Positions 1 through 9,513 are shown, counted from the stretch's first letter. The stretch is 55,128 bases of DNA from Candidatus Omnitrophota bacterium (GCA_043812955.1 JBDRLN010000072.1:1-55128); one strand, 5' to 3'. Translations and numbers: made by a program. Notes: a model not told the origin generated them from the letters alone.

Positions 1-231
1 AAAATAGTTTTGGATAAAACTATCCGCGAGGTAGTTAATTTACTAGGCATAGGTTTCCCGCTCAACGCAGAATATCTCAAGCGGGATCTCGCCACTAAGA
101 ATTGAAGAGGTGGCTTGTCAAATCCTATCGTCCCGATAGATTATAGCCTGTGGTTCCCCGGCATTAGCCTAGCGGCTAAGCCGGGATCTCGACTGTACAA
201 AAGTGGGTGTCGAGTCAAATCCACTCGCCCC
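1..231 (-). ncRNA. ssrA: tmRNA-like structured RNA, 5' portion (truncated by window start), containing two tandem homologous ~100-nt modules
   Basis: The minus-strand 5' end GGGGCGAGUGGAUUUGAC (231->214) resembles the tmRNA tRNA-like-domain signature GGGGnnnnnnGGAUUCGAC. A second copy, GGGACGAUAGGAUUUGAC, lies at 134->117. Stops UAG UAA..UAA are followed by an open frame GCG GAU AGU UUU AUC CAA AAC UAU UUU (27->1) that runs off the window and could be the tag. The 3' half is outside the window, so acceptor pairing is unverified. Confidence 0.45.
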
Positions 232-246
232 GATTAAAATCTTAAA

Positions 247-302
247 GGGGACGTTTCTATTTTTTTCCCGAAACGTCTTGTTTGAAAAATAGAAACGTCC
301 CC
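247..302. repeat. 56-nt hairpin element, family 1 (GGGGACGTTTCTATTTTT / AAAAATAGAAACGTCCCC arms)
   Basis: Perfect 18-bp inverted arms around a 20-nt loop. A second copy is at 28298-28354. It lies between the divergent tmRNA-like gene and tRNA-Arg. Confidence 0.9.
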
Positions 303-317
303 GTTTTGAAAGAATTT

Positions 318-391
318 GCGCCTGTAGCTCAGGTGGATAGAGCATCTGCCTTCTAAGCCGAGGGTCGCGTGTTCGAATCACGCCAGGCGCG
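318..391 (+). tRNA. tRNA-Arg (anticodon TCT)
   Basis: 74-nt cloverleaf folded by hand. Acceptor GCGCCTG/CAGGCGC, D arm GCTC..GAGC, anticodon loop CTTCTAA, T arm GCGTG-TTCGAAT-CACGC, discriminator G. There is one T-C mismatch in the anticodon stem. Confidence 0.9.
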
Positions 392-418
392 TTAAATTTA
401 AGAATCAGAAAGGAAAAG

Positions 419-1801
419 ATGAGGCTGCAGGTAAAATTATTACTGACTATCCTGGTTATTTTGATTTTAGGCGTAACTATTTTGCATACCTTTGTAAATC
501 TTAAGGGTAAACCTATAGTGATTAATAAACTTCAGGACCTGTTTGGCAGGGAGGTTAAGATCGGCAGCCTCAAGGCTTACCTGCCGTTCAATGTGATCAT
601 TAATAATATTGAAGTTAAGGATATATTTAAGATTGATAAGGTTAATGTCAAAAGCGGGGCCTTTGATATTTTCCGTAAAGATTTTACTTTCTCTGAACTT
701 AGGTTCAAAGGGATGGTGATCGCTATAGAAAAGCCTTTGAAGAAGAAAAGCCAGGTTATGCCGCCGCTTTCTATTGAGCCGGTGATTACTAACCAGACAA
801 TTACGTCTAAAAAAACTGTGGTCCTTAATCCGGTTGCAGCTGTAAATGAAACGATTAATGCTACTCTATCCGTGACTTTGCCTTATAAAGATTTAAACAC
901 GTCTTCATCCCGAAATTTAACTCCTTTAGCGCCTGTTGATAAAAAAAGATTTGTCCCGATCTCACGCTTTTTTGTCAAGCGGATGACATTAGAGGATGGC
1001 GCGTTGCAATTTAGCGATAAAAGTATAGAAGGTAAAGAAGTTAACTTATTAATCGATAAACTTAATATTACTATTGAGAATCTGGAATTTCCTATCCGGC
1101 GTTCCAGTGTTATTAATTTTGAATTAAAAGGAGAGATACCCTGGAAGGCAGAAAAAGGCCAGGGTAATATCAATCTGGATGGTTGGATCAATATATTCAA
1201 GAAAGACCTGCAGGCTGTTTTAAAAATTGAGGGGCTGGATGGGATCGTGTTCTATCCATATTATTCAAATTGGGTGGATTTAGAGAAAGCCAGGATTGAA
1301 AAAGCCAAATTGAGTTTTAACAGCAATATCCAGAGTTTTAATAATGATCTGATTGCCCAGTGCCAGCTGGCCTTAAGCGACATTGTTTTTAAACCCCGCT
1401 TAGCTGAAGAAGAAGAATTAAAGGCGGAGAAAATTGCCCATGCGGTATTAAGCATATTTAAGGCGTCTAACCAGGGTAAGGTGTCGATAAATTTCACTGT
1501 TAAGACTAAGATGGATAGTCCCCAGTTTGACTTCAGTAATATCCGCATGGCCTTTGAAGAAAAATTGACCCAAGCCAGAAAAGGCGATAGTTTACAGCCG
1601 CAGAATATTATTATGGTTCCGACTCAGCTTCTCCAGGGCGTGTTTAAAGGTGCTACCGATTTGACCAGGGCAGTTATTAATGGTACTTTCGGGGTTGGCC
1701 AGGAACTCAAACAATCAGTTGAAGGCATGTTTAGGGAAGATACTTCTAAAATTGAAGTTTCCGCAAATAACAGCACCGCTAATACCACAGGACTTAAATA
1801 G
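419..1801 (+). CDS. membrane-anchored AsmA-like/DUF748-like protein (family call weak)
   Basis: 460-aa ORF with one N-terminal TM helix (LLLTILVILILGVTIL) followed by a long beta-rich soluble region. RBS-like AAAGGAAAAG sits upstream. The family is assigned by overall architecture only. Confidence 0.5.
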   Translation: MRLQVKLLLTILVILILGVTILHTFVNLKGKPIVINKLQDLFGREVKIGSLKAYLPFNVIINNIEVKDIFKIDKVNVKSGAFDIFRKDFTFSELRFKGMVIAIEKPLKKKSQVMPPLSIEPVITNQTITSKKTVVLNPVAAVNETINATLSVTLPYKDLNTSSSRNLTPLAPVDKKRFVPISRFFVKRMTLEDGALQFSDKSIEGKEVNLLIDKLNITIENLEFPIRRSSVINFELKGEIPWKAEKGQGNINLDGWINIFKKDLQAVLKIEGLDGIVFYPYYSNWVDLEKARIEKAKLSFNSNIQSFNNDLIAQCQLALSDIVFKPRLAEEEELKAEKIAHAVLSIFKASNQGKVSINFTVKTKMDSPQFDFSNIRMAFEEKLTQARKGDSLQPQNIIMVPTQLLQGVFKGATDLTRAVINGTFGVGQELKQSVEGMFREDTSKIEVSANNSTANTTGLK

Positions 1802-1807
1802 TAATCA

Positions 1808-4800
1808 TTGGATAACCGTAATCATACCCCTTCAAAACCGGATGATCTATTAGCTTTTCCTCATATCCTTAAGTTAGAGGCCTCTGCCGGATCAGGCAAG
1901 ACTTATGCTTTAGCCCGCCGTTACCTCGAGCTGGTTATCAACCCGTCGCTTAATCTTAAAGATATCCCTCTGAATAATATCCTGGCGATTACATTTACCA
2001 ATAAGGCAGCCTTGGAGATGAAGGAGCGCATCTTAGAGTTTTTAAAAAAAACAGCGCTGGATAATTTTTCAGACGAACGCTCCCGCCAGAAGGCATTTTT
2101 AGTGATGGATTATCTGATCCGGAATTACAATTACTTTCAAGTTCAGACCATCGATAGTTTTATTAATGCGATACTCTCAGGCTGCGCCTTTAAATTAGGA
2201 TTATCGGCAAGTTTTAAAGTCCGCACTGACTCTAAGGGTTATTTATCTTATAGCTTAGACGAGCTGATTGAGCGTTCAGCCTCGTGTAAGGAAGTAAGGC
2301 AGATCTTTCATAATTTTCTTAGGCAGTATCTTTATATCGATAACCGCCTGGGGTGGTTTCCTAAAAAAGATATCCTGTTAATCATCCAGGGGCTTTTTTC
2401 CCAGAGTAATAAATACGGTTTAAATTTATCCTCCAGCCAGATTAAACCTGAGGACCTAATCGTTAAGAAAAAATATATCCTAAAATTACTAAAGGAACTT
2501 GAAATCAATTTGCCTTTAGAAACAAACGCTAATTTTTCGAATAGCCTAAGGTCGTTTTTAGATGATTACCGGGAGAGTTTTGACCTGGACCATCTATCGT
2601 CATTCTTTTCCCGTCCGGGTTTTCCGCTAAAAAAAAATATTGCCGTCCCGGATGAGATTGTTTTGCTCTGGAAAAGCATAATTACTAATATTGGACAACT
2701 CTGCGAAATGGAATCGCTGTGTGTTTTTAATTCCTATATCGAAATTTTCAACCTCACCCTGGATGATCTTAAAGCTATCTCGAGCCGAGAAGATATCCTA
2801 TTCCTGGAATCGATGAATAAAGAGGCAAATTTTTTATTTAGCGAAAAGGCCCTAAGTCCGCCGGAACTCTATTACCGCCTGGCTATGCGCCTGCGGCATT
2901 TTCTGCTGGATGAGTTTCAAGACACCTCTATACTCCAGTGGAAAAATTTGTATCCGATGATCGAAGAAGCGCTTTCTACCGGAGGCTCGCTTTTTTATGT
3001 CGGAGATAAAAAGCAGGCAATTTATCGTTTCCGCGGCGGCCAGGCATCCTTGGTTGATTCGGTTAAAGAAGAGTTTAGGCAATTTAAGATCTTTGAAACC
3101 TCTCTGACTAAGAATTATCGCAGCCAAAAAGAGATAGTTGAATTTAACAATAATATTTTCTCCGAGGATAACCTGGGTAAATTCCTATTACAGAGGGAAG
3201 AAGCCAGTAAAAGCTCGGTTAAATTTAGTCCGCAGGATAAGCTGGATATTATTGCGGTATTTCGCGGGTCTCATCAGGAATATACCCTTGATAAATCCGG
3301 CGGCTATATCAAGGTTGATTATATAGCAGCCGAGAATAAAATCGCCCGGGAAACAGAAATTAGGGAAAAAATATCCGGCCTGCTTCAAGGATTAATCAGA
3401 AAATTCGATTATCAGGATATTGCTATATTGGCCCGGGAGAATGTTGAGGTTAAGCTTTTATCGGAATGGGTTCTGTCTTTAGGTATACCGGTTGAATCTG
3501 AAAAGACCTTGAATGTCCGGGAAAACCGCTATATTAAGGAACTGGTTTCTTTTCTGAAATTTTTAAATTCTCCCATCGATGATCTTTCTTTTGCCTCGTT
3601 TATCCTGGGAGATATTTTTGCCTCAGCTAGTAATATTCCGGCTGAAAAAATCCAGGAATTTTTTTTCAAGGTAAGACAGAAAAAGTGTCCCGAGAGGGGT
3701 TATCTCTACCGGGACTTCCGCCGGGAATTCCTGAGAACCTGGGAAGATTTGATTGAGGTTTTTTTTAAGAATGTCGGCTTTGTGCCGCTCTATGAATTAA
3801 CCACCAGCATAATCGATAAATTCAAGATCCTGGAATGTTTTCCTGAATACCAGGGATTTTTTATGCATCTGTTGGAATTGATAAAGAAACAAGAGGATGA
3901 AGAGTTCGGGATCAGCGGTTTTCTGGAACATTTTGAGGATCTCCCGGAGGAGGACTTATATGTAAATATCTCAGGTACAGGTTCAGTAAAGATCCTGACT
4001 ATTCATAAAGCCAAGGGGTTGGAATTCGCGGCAGTTGTTATTCCGTTTTTGGAGATTAATGTCCAGGTTGATAATGATATAGCCTATCCGGATGAGGGAT
4101 CACTTTCGCTGATCCGCCTTAAAAAGCGCTATGCCTCTTTTTCTCCGGGCCTGGAAAAGGCCTACCGGCAGGAATATAAAAAGGCGCTTACTGATGAATT
4201 GAGCAATATTTATGTGGCCCTGACCAGGGCCATCGAGGAATTATATATTTTTGTCCCTAAAAAATCCCACCGGGGGGCTAATCCAGCTGTACTGCTTTTA
4301 GCTGATGTTGGCCTAGAGACTGGCGAGAAGACCAGAGATAACCCGCGGAAAAAACTAAAGCCTTTAGCTTTACATCCAATCCTGCCTATCCCTATATCCG
4401 GATATAAAGATTGGATCAGTTTATTAAAAGATGAATTTGCCGGCCTGGAATTGCTACAGGCAAGAGATAAGGCCCGAAAAGGAGAGATCCTGCATTATAT
4501 CCTTTCTTTTGTGGGAAATCTTTCAGGAGAAAATAAAGAAACAGTAATAACCGCGGCAGTAGAAAAGGCCAGGTTTAAATTTCCCTTTTTATCTGATCTT
4601 GAGTCTTATAAGGAGCCAGTGCGCCGGCTATTAGAGGAAAAAAAATTTGAGAGATTTTTTAATTCTCCGGAATCACTCATTTTGCCGGAGAAAGAAATTG
4701 TGGATCGCCTGGGCAATACCAAGCGGGTCGACCGCTTGTTAATCTCTAAAAACCAGGCGGTTATAATTGATTATAAGAGCGCAAGCGAAGAAGACGCGGT

Positions 4801-4924
4801 TGATGATCATCAGTCTCAGGTTAAAGAATATATGAAAATAATCGGTGATATTTACCCAAAATTAAAAGTTACCGGTTATCTGATTTACCTGGATGAGTTG
4901 AGATTAGAGGAAGTAGTATTATAA
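1808..4924 (+). CDS. addA: UvrD/AddA-type ATP-dependent helicase-nuclease subunit A
   Basis: Walker A ASAGSGKTYAL, UvrD motifs TFTNKAALEM, DEFQDTS and TIHKAKGLEF. The C-terminal PD-(D/E)xK-like segment reads VDRLL..IIDYKS. TTG start. Confidence 0.85.
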   Translation: MDNRNHTPSKPDDLLAFPHILKLEASAGSGKTYALARRYLELVINPSLNLKDIPLNNILAITFTNKAALEMKERILEFLKKTALDNFSDERSRQKAFLVMDYLIRNYNYFQVQTIDSFINAILSGCAFKLGLSASFKVRTDSKGYLSYSLDELIERSASCKEVRQIFHNFLRQYLYIDNRLGWFPKKDILLIIQGLFSQSNKYGLNLSSSQIKPEDLIVKKKYILKLLKELEINLPLETNANFSNSLRSFLDDYRESFDLDHLSSFFSRPGFPLKKNIAVPDEIVLLWKSIITNIGQLCEMESLCVFNSYIEIFNLTLDDLKAISSREDILFLESMNKEANFLFSEKALSPPELYYRLAMRLRHFLLDEFQDTSILQWKNLYPMIEEALSTGGSLFYVGDKKQAIYRFRGGQASLVDSVKEEFRQFKIFETSLTKNYRSQKEIVEFNNNIFSEDNLGKFLLQREEASKSSVKFSPQDKLDIIAVFRGSHQEYTLDKSGGYIKVDYIAAENKIARETEIREKISGLLQGLIRKFDYQDIAILARENVEVKLLSEWVLSLGIPVESEKTLNVRENRYIKELVSFLKFLNSPIDDLSFASFILGDIFASASNIPAEKIQEFFFKVRQKKCPERGYLYRDFRREFLRTWEDLIEVFFKNVGFVPLYELTTSIIDKFKILECFPEYQGFFMHLLELIKKQEDEEFGISGFLEHFEDLPEEDLYVNISGTGSVKILTIHKAKGLEFAAVVIPFLEINVQVDNDIAYPDEGSLSLIRLKKRYASFSPGLEKAYRQEYKKALTDELSNIYVALTRAIEELYIFVPKKSHRGANPAVLLLADVGLETGEKTRDNPRKKLKPLALHPILPIPISGYKDWISLLKDEFAGLELLQARDKARKGEILHYILSFVGNLSGENKETVITAAVEKARFKFPFLSDLESYKEPVRRLLEEKKFERFFNSPESLILPEKEIVDRLGNTKRVDRLLISKNQAVIIDYKSASEEDAVDDHQSQVKEYMKIIGDIYPKLKVTGYLIYLDELRLEEVVL

Positions 4925-4979
4925 AGTTTAAAGGTAAAGATTCAAAATCTAAAGAAGGACTTAGGCTTAGATAATAATT

Positions 4980-7820
4980 ATGGAAAAGGTTATAACTTAC
5001 AATCTGAGTGATAACTTTATAGGTAATCTGGCAGGCTTTATTGAAGAGAACTATATCGCCAGGTCTAAGGATCTAAGCAGGCTGGCTATTGTTTTCGGCG
5101 GAAAAAGGCCGGCCCTTTTTCTTAAAAAAGAACTCTCTCTTAGAGTGAAAAAAGGGTTTTTTCCGCCGGCTTTTTTTTCTAGCGATGAATTTATTGAATA
5201 TGCCTTAAATAAGAAAGCCCATTTTTCCAAGATCGGGGATTTAGACGCAAGTTTCCTTATCTATAAATTAGCTAAAGAGGCGTCTTCGGATATCTTAAAG
5301 TCCCGCCAAAGTTTTTCCCAGTTTCTTCCCTGGGCCAGAGAGATCCTTGCGTTTATTGAGCAGCTGGACTTAGAGGGCATAGAAGACCTAACCTTAAAGA
5401 ATGTAGAACTGAAGGCAGAAATCGGTTATGACGTGCCCGAGGACATTAATGCCCTATTGAAGGATATTATTTCTTTAAGGCAGTCTTTTCATAAATATCT
5501 AAAGGAGAATAATATTTATTCCCGAGGGTTGATTTATTATTTGGCCAGCCAATTTATCCCTCAATTAGAATTTCCGGAGTACGATGAGATAATCTTTGCT
5601 AATTTCTTTTATCTGCATAAAACCGAGGCTCAGGTTTTAAAGGCAATTTATCAGAAAAATAAGGCTATTCTTTTTTTTCAGGGAAGCGCCCGGGATTACA
5701 GTGTATTGGAAGATTTAAGCCAAGAGCTGTCGATTAAGATTGAACCCGATATTGAAGAAGCGTTAAATTATGACCTCCAGGTCTTTGCCGGTTTTAATCA
5801 ACACTCCCAGGTTGGTTTAGTCCGGGAGATTGTCAAGAAATTAAAGAATACGGATAAGACTGTGATTCTCCTGCCTCAAGTTGAAAGCATTATTCCTTTA
5901 TTATCAGAAATCTCATCCACTGTGCAGGATTTTAATGTCTCGATTGGTTATCCGTTAAAAAGAAGTTCTCTCTACGCTCTTTTTAACTCTATCTTTAAAG
6001 CCCAGGAGACTAAAAAGCAGGATCGTTATTATGCCAAAGACTACCTTAGGGCCCTGTCGCATCCTTTGATCAAAAACTTAAAAATAGCGGCTAACAATCC
6101 TTCGGTCGTCAGGGTATTAGTGCATAAAATTGAAGAAGCGCTCAGCGGTATTGAAAAGACTGAACTGGCGGGGAGTTTGTTTATTTCGCTTTCGGATGTA
6201 CAAGGTTGCAAGGACTTATTTGACCTGACTCTTTCAACAATGAAAAGTATGGATATCGAAGTTACCCGGGATGAGATTAAAGAGGCGTTAAAACAATTAC
6301 ATCTGCTATTATTCTCCAGCTGGGAATCTTTACATAATCTTAGCGATTTTGCCGAAAACTTAGATATCTTTCTAAAGGTTTTGGTCCGCAAGAGCTTCTT
6401 AGACAGTTATCCGTTAAACCTGAAAATGGCAGAAAGAGTCTGGGCTATTAGCGAAGAGTTCAGGAATGCCTCTTTCGGCAAAGAAGCCTTCTGTCCGGAA
6501 GATATCTTTAAGATATTTAATAATAAGCTGGAGAGTGAGATGATTTCTTTTTCCGGTTCTCCGCTCAAGGGCTTGCAGATCTTAGGGCTATTGGAGACCC
6601 GTTCGCTTAATTTTGAGAATGTGATTGTCCTGGATGCCAATGAATCTATTCTGCCGAAATTAAAGATCTATGAGCCTTTGATTCCTCGGGAGGTGATGAT
6701 TAGTTTAGGGTTAAACCGCCTGGAAAAAGAAGAGGAGATCCAGCGCTACCAGTTTAAACGGCTTATCTCGTCAGCCAAAAAGGTTTACTTAGTCTATTGC
6801 CAGAGCAATAAGAATGAGAAGAGCCGGTTTATTGAAGAGCTTATCTGGGAGAGGCAAAAGAAGGAGAAAAAATTAGATGTTATTTCAATCCCTAAGGCCA
6901 GCTTTCAGGTTAAGGTTATTCCTAAGCGGATTGAGATAGAAAAAAACACTCCGGTTATTAAGTTATTAAAAGAGATGCGTTATTCTGCCTCTAGCCTGGA
7001 TACTTATTTAAATTGCCCGCTGCAATTTTATTATCGTTATATTTTAGGCTTAGAGGAAAAAGAGGATTTGCTTCAGGGGCCTGAAGCCAAAGATGTAGGT
7101 AATTTTCTGCATGAATTACTGGAAGAGGCATTTAGTAAATTCATCAATAAAAAGCCGATATTAAACGATAAATTCAAAAAAGACTTTTTTCTCCTGTTTG
7201 AAGATAGGTTCCAGCGGGAATTTCAGAAGAAAATGAGATCGGATTCATTCCTGATCAAAGAGGTCTTAGAGTTTAGGCTAAAGCGCTTCCTGGAAAATGA
7301 GTCTAAGAGAGAAATAGCGCAGGTTTTATCTTTAGAAAAAACTCTGGAAGATAGATTTGTATTTTTAGGCCAGGAATTTAAATTTAAGGCCAGGATCGAC
7401 CGGATCGATAAGCTTAGCGATAAAACGATCTTAATCATTGATTATAAAACCGGCTCTACTGATATTTTTCCGGATGAGGCAGGCCGGATCGAGGCTGAAG
7501 GTTTTAGCCGGAAGAATCTGCGGGATAGGCTTAAATCATTTCAGCTGCCAATTTACCTTTTTTTGGTTGAAAAATTATATCCCGGTAAGCGGGTCAATGC
7601 CTGTTTATATAATTTAAGGGAGTTTGGAGATAATTTTGGCCTGAGTATGTTGTTTAGGAAAGAAGAGGACTTTGCCAATAAAGATAAAATTATGGGTATT
7701 TATCAAAAGGCCGTGGAAGAGTTATTTAGGGATATTTTAAACCCGGCCGCGACTTTTAAAGCTGATGATTCTGATTTGCACCATTGCGAATATTGTCAGT
7801 TTTTCTACTTGTGTAGATAA
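4980..7820 (+). CDS. addB: AddB-like PD-(D/E)xK nuclease subunit B with C-terminal Cys cluster
   Basis: 946 aa, adjacent to addA. Nuclease motif RIDRIDK..LIIDYKTG, Cys residues CPLQFY ... CEYCQFFYLC typical of the AddB Fe-S nuclease domain, and a degenerate N-terminal P-loop (FGGKRP). Confidence 0.75.
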   Translation: MEKVITYNLSDNFIGNLAGFIEENYIARSKDLSRLAIVFGGKRPALFLKKELSLRVKKGFFPPAFFSSDEFIEYALNKKAHFSKIGDLDASFLIYKLAKEASSDILKSRQSFSQFLPWAREILAFIEQLDLEGIEDLTLKNVELKAEIGYDVPEDINALLKDIISLRQSFHKYLKENNIYSRGLIYYLASQFIPQLEFPEYDEIIFANFFYLHKTEAQVLKAIYQKNKAILFFQGSARDYSVLEDLSQELSIKIEPDIEEALNYDLQVFAGFNQHSQVGLVREIVKKLKNTDKTVILLPQVESIIPLLSEISSTVQDFNVSIGYPLKRSSLYALFNSIFKAQETKKQDRYYAKDYLRALSHPLIKNLKIAANNPSVVRVLVHKIEEALSGIEKTELAGSLFISLSDVQGCKDLFDLTLSTMKSMDIEVTRDEIKEALKQLHLLLFSSWESLHNLSDFAENLDIFLKVLVRKSFLDSYPLNLKMAERVWAISEEFRNASFGKEAFCPEDIFKIFNNKLESEMISFSGSPLKGLQILGLLETRSLNFENVIVLDANESILPKLKIYEPLIPREVMISLGLNRLEKEEEIQRYQFKRLISSAKKVYLVYCQSNKNEKSRFIEELIWERQKKEKKLDVISIPKASFQVKVIPKRIEIEKNTPVIKLLKEMRYSASSLDTYLNCPLQFYYRYILGLEEKEDLLQGPEAKDVGNFLHELLEEAFSKFINKKPILNDKFKKDFFLLFEDRFQREFQKKMRSDSFLIKEVLEFRLKRFLENESKREIAQVLSLEKTLEDRFVFLGQEFKFKARIDRIDKLSDKTILIIDYKTGSTDIFPDEAGRIEAEGFSRKNLRDRLKSFQLPIYLFLVEKLYPGKRVNACLYNLREFGDNFGLSMLFRKEEDFANKDKIMGIYQKAVEELFRDILNPAATFKADDSDLHHCEYCQFFYLCR

Positions 7821-7981
7821 TTTTGCCTAGCCGAAAAAAACCTCCAATTAAATGTGCCCTGAGCCGATAAGACTCCGACTATAAAAAGCAGAGAATCGCT
7901 GGGTAAAAAAGGTGGGATTACTAAACTGGTCTTAGAGAAAATAATCAAAAAAAGCAAATCACTATAAATCAGGGGGAAATT
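7805..7981 (-). pseudogene. DedA-family N-terminal gene fragment (remnant, no proper start, truncated)
   Basis: The minus-strand frame open between stops at 7982-7984 and 7805-7807 reads ..LIYSDLLFLIIFSKTSLVIPPFLPSDSLLFIVGVLSAQGTFNW.. This matches the DedA signature PFLPGDSLLF.AG.L. It covers only about 58 codons, has no ATG, and overlaps the addB stop region. Confidence 0.55.
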
Positions 7982-8036
7982 TTAAGATATTTTAGTATCC
8001 TCATATTAATTTAGAATAGCGGGATTGGCAAGCAAA

Positions 8037-9287
8037 TTAATGACGACGCGGGTATCTGCTCCTGAAGAAAGGTTTTGACATTTTGTTAGAAGAATCTTTA
8101 GATAAAGAATCAGAAAATTTCTCATGGGATATCTCGGGGTGTTTTGACAGGGGTAGGGTGGTTTTGATCAGTTTTTCAATATCCCGGACATCCCGACTTT
8201 GGTCAGGAGTGGCAAAAGAGATGGCGTGGCCTTTATGTCCTGCTCTGCCGGTGCGGCCGATGCGGTGTACGTAATTCTGGGCATCTTCAGGCAGGTCGTA
8301 ATTAATAACTAGTTCGATTCCGGTTACGTCAATTCCTCTGGAAGCGATATCAGTAGCTACCAGCACTTTATATTTTCCGATCTTAAATCCTTCCAGCGCT
8401 TCCCGGCGTTGAGGAAGCGAGCGGTTAGAATGGATCTCAGCCGCGCTATAGCCCATATCTCTGATTGAGCGGGTGATTTTCTTGGCGTTGTGTTTGGTCC
8501 GAGAGAATAAGAGGACCGCGCCTTTATATTGCGCGAGTATTCTTTTCAGGGTCTGTAATTTAGTGTCTTTTTTAACAATGAATAATTCCTGGGTGATGTT
8601 TTGAGCCATGGTTCCTGATGGGGCTATTTCTACGCATACCGGAAGTTTCATATGTTTTGCCGCCATCTCTATAATTTCTTTTGGTATAGTGGCTGAAAAA
8701 AGCATAGTTTGTCTTTCTTTGGGTAGGAATCTTAAGATTTTCTCTACATCCGGGGCAAACCCCATATCCAGCATCCGGTCTGCTTCATCCAGCACTAGCA
8801 TGGTTACCTCATCCGGCATTACATTCCATCTGCTCATATGGTCAAGCAGCCTGCCGGGAGTAGCGATGATTATTCTGGGATTTTTATGCAAGGCCTGGGT
8901 TTGTTCTTCCATGGGAGCGCCTCCAATAAGGCAGGCGGTTTTCATTCCAAATGGATGGGCTAGGCCCTGAAAGGCCAGGTCGATCTGAAGGGCTAATTCT
9001 CGGGTAGGTGCCAGGATTAATCCCGTTCCTTTTTTCTGGGCCAATAGCTGGACCATAGGTATGGCAAAAGAGTGGGTTTTCCCAGTTCCAGTCTGGGCAA
9101 TACCGATAATATCCTTGCCTTGAACTGCTATCGGGATGGCTTTTAATTGGATTGGAGTCGGCACTCTAAACTTAATGCGCTCAAGGATATCCAGAATTTT
9201 AGGCGCTATACCCAGCCCGTAAAAAGAAGATCCAGGTTGTTTAGACTCCTGAACCGGGCTGTTAGTATTAATTGTTCTATGTGGCAT
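8037..9287 (-). CDS. DEAD-box ATP-dependent RNA helicase (RhlE-like)
   Basis: Motifs AQTGTGKT, PTRELA, DEAD, SAT and HRIGRTGRAG, with a basic C-terminal tail. Confidence 0.95.
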   Translation of the reverse strand: MPHRTINTNSPVQESKQPGSSFYGLGIAPKILDILERIKFRVPTPIQLKAIPIAVQGKDIIGIAQTGTGKTHSFAIPMVQLLAQKKGTGLILAPTRELALQIDLAFQGLAHPFGMKTACLIGGAPMEEQTQALHKNPRIIIATPGRLLDHMSRWNVMPDEVTMLVLDEADRMLDMGFAPDVEKILRFLPKERQTMLFSATIPKEIIEMAAKHMKLPVCVEIAPSGTMAQNITQELFIVKKDTKLQTLKRILAQYKGAVLLFSRTKHNAKKITRSIRDMGYSAAEIHSNRSLPQRREALEGFKIGKYKVLVATDIASRGIDVTGIELVINYDLPEDAQNYVHRIGRTGRAGHKGHAISFATPDQSRDVRDIEKLIKTTLPLSKHPEISHEKFSDSLSKDSSNKMSKPFFRSRYPRRH

Positions 9288-9438
9288 TATTCTTGGCCTT
9301 TTTTAGAATTTGCCTGCAATTAACTTCTCCTAAGTGGATATGGCAAAAGAGCTGGTGGTTGTAGATGCTCAAGATATGCTTACAGTGGGGATATTTGCAT
9401 ACCCTTCCTTTATATGAAGTCTTTACTTTAATACCCAT
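9277..9438 (-). CDS. small Cys/His-rich (zinc-ribbon-like) protein, 53 aa
   Basis: Hand-translated: MGIKVKTSYKGRVCKYPHCKHILSIYNHQLFCHIHLGEVNCRQILKKAKNNAT*. RBS AGGAG lies 7 nt upstream. Its stop overlaps the helicase ATG by 11 nt (ATGCCACATAG). It is below the ORF-track size cutoff. Confidence 0.45.
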   Translation of the reverse strand: MGIKVKTSYKGRVCKYPHCKHILSIYNHQLFCHIHLGEVNCRQILKKAKNNAT

Positions 9439-9513
9439 TTTTGACTCCTAGGTTTATCCGCCACAAATATTGGCGGAATATTTGCAAAACATATTTAGCA
9501 GGCAAATAAAATG

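Noticed and set aside
150-231. Plus-strand tRNA-like signal (GTCAAATCC resembling a T-loop, stem CGAGT/ACTCG)
   Set aside because: No matching acceptor stem, D arm or anticodon arm could be drawn on either strand. G-U pairs in the neighbouring helices only work on the minus strand, favouring the tmRNA-like interpretation.
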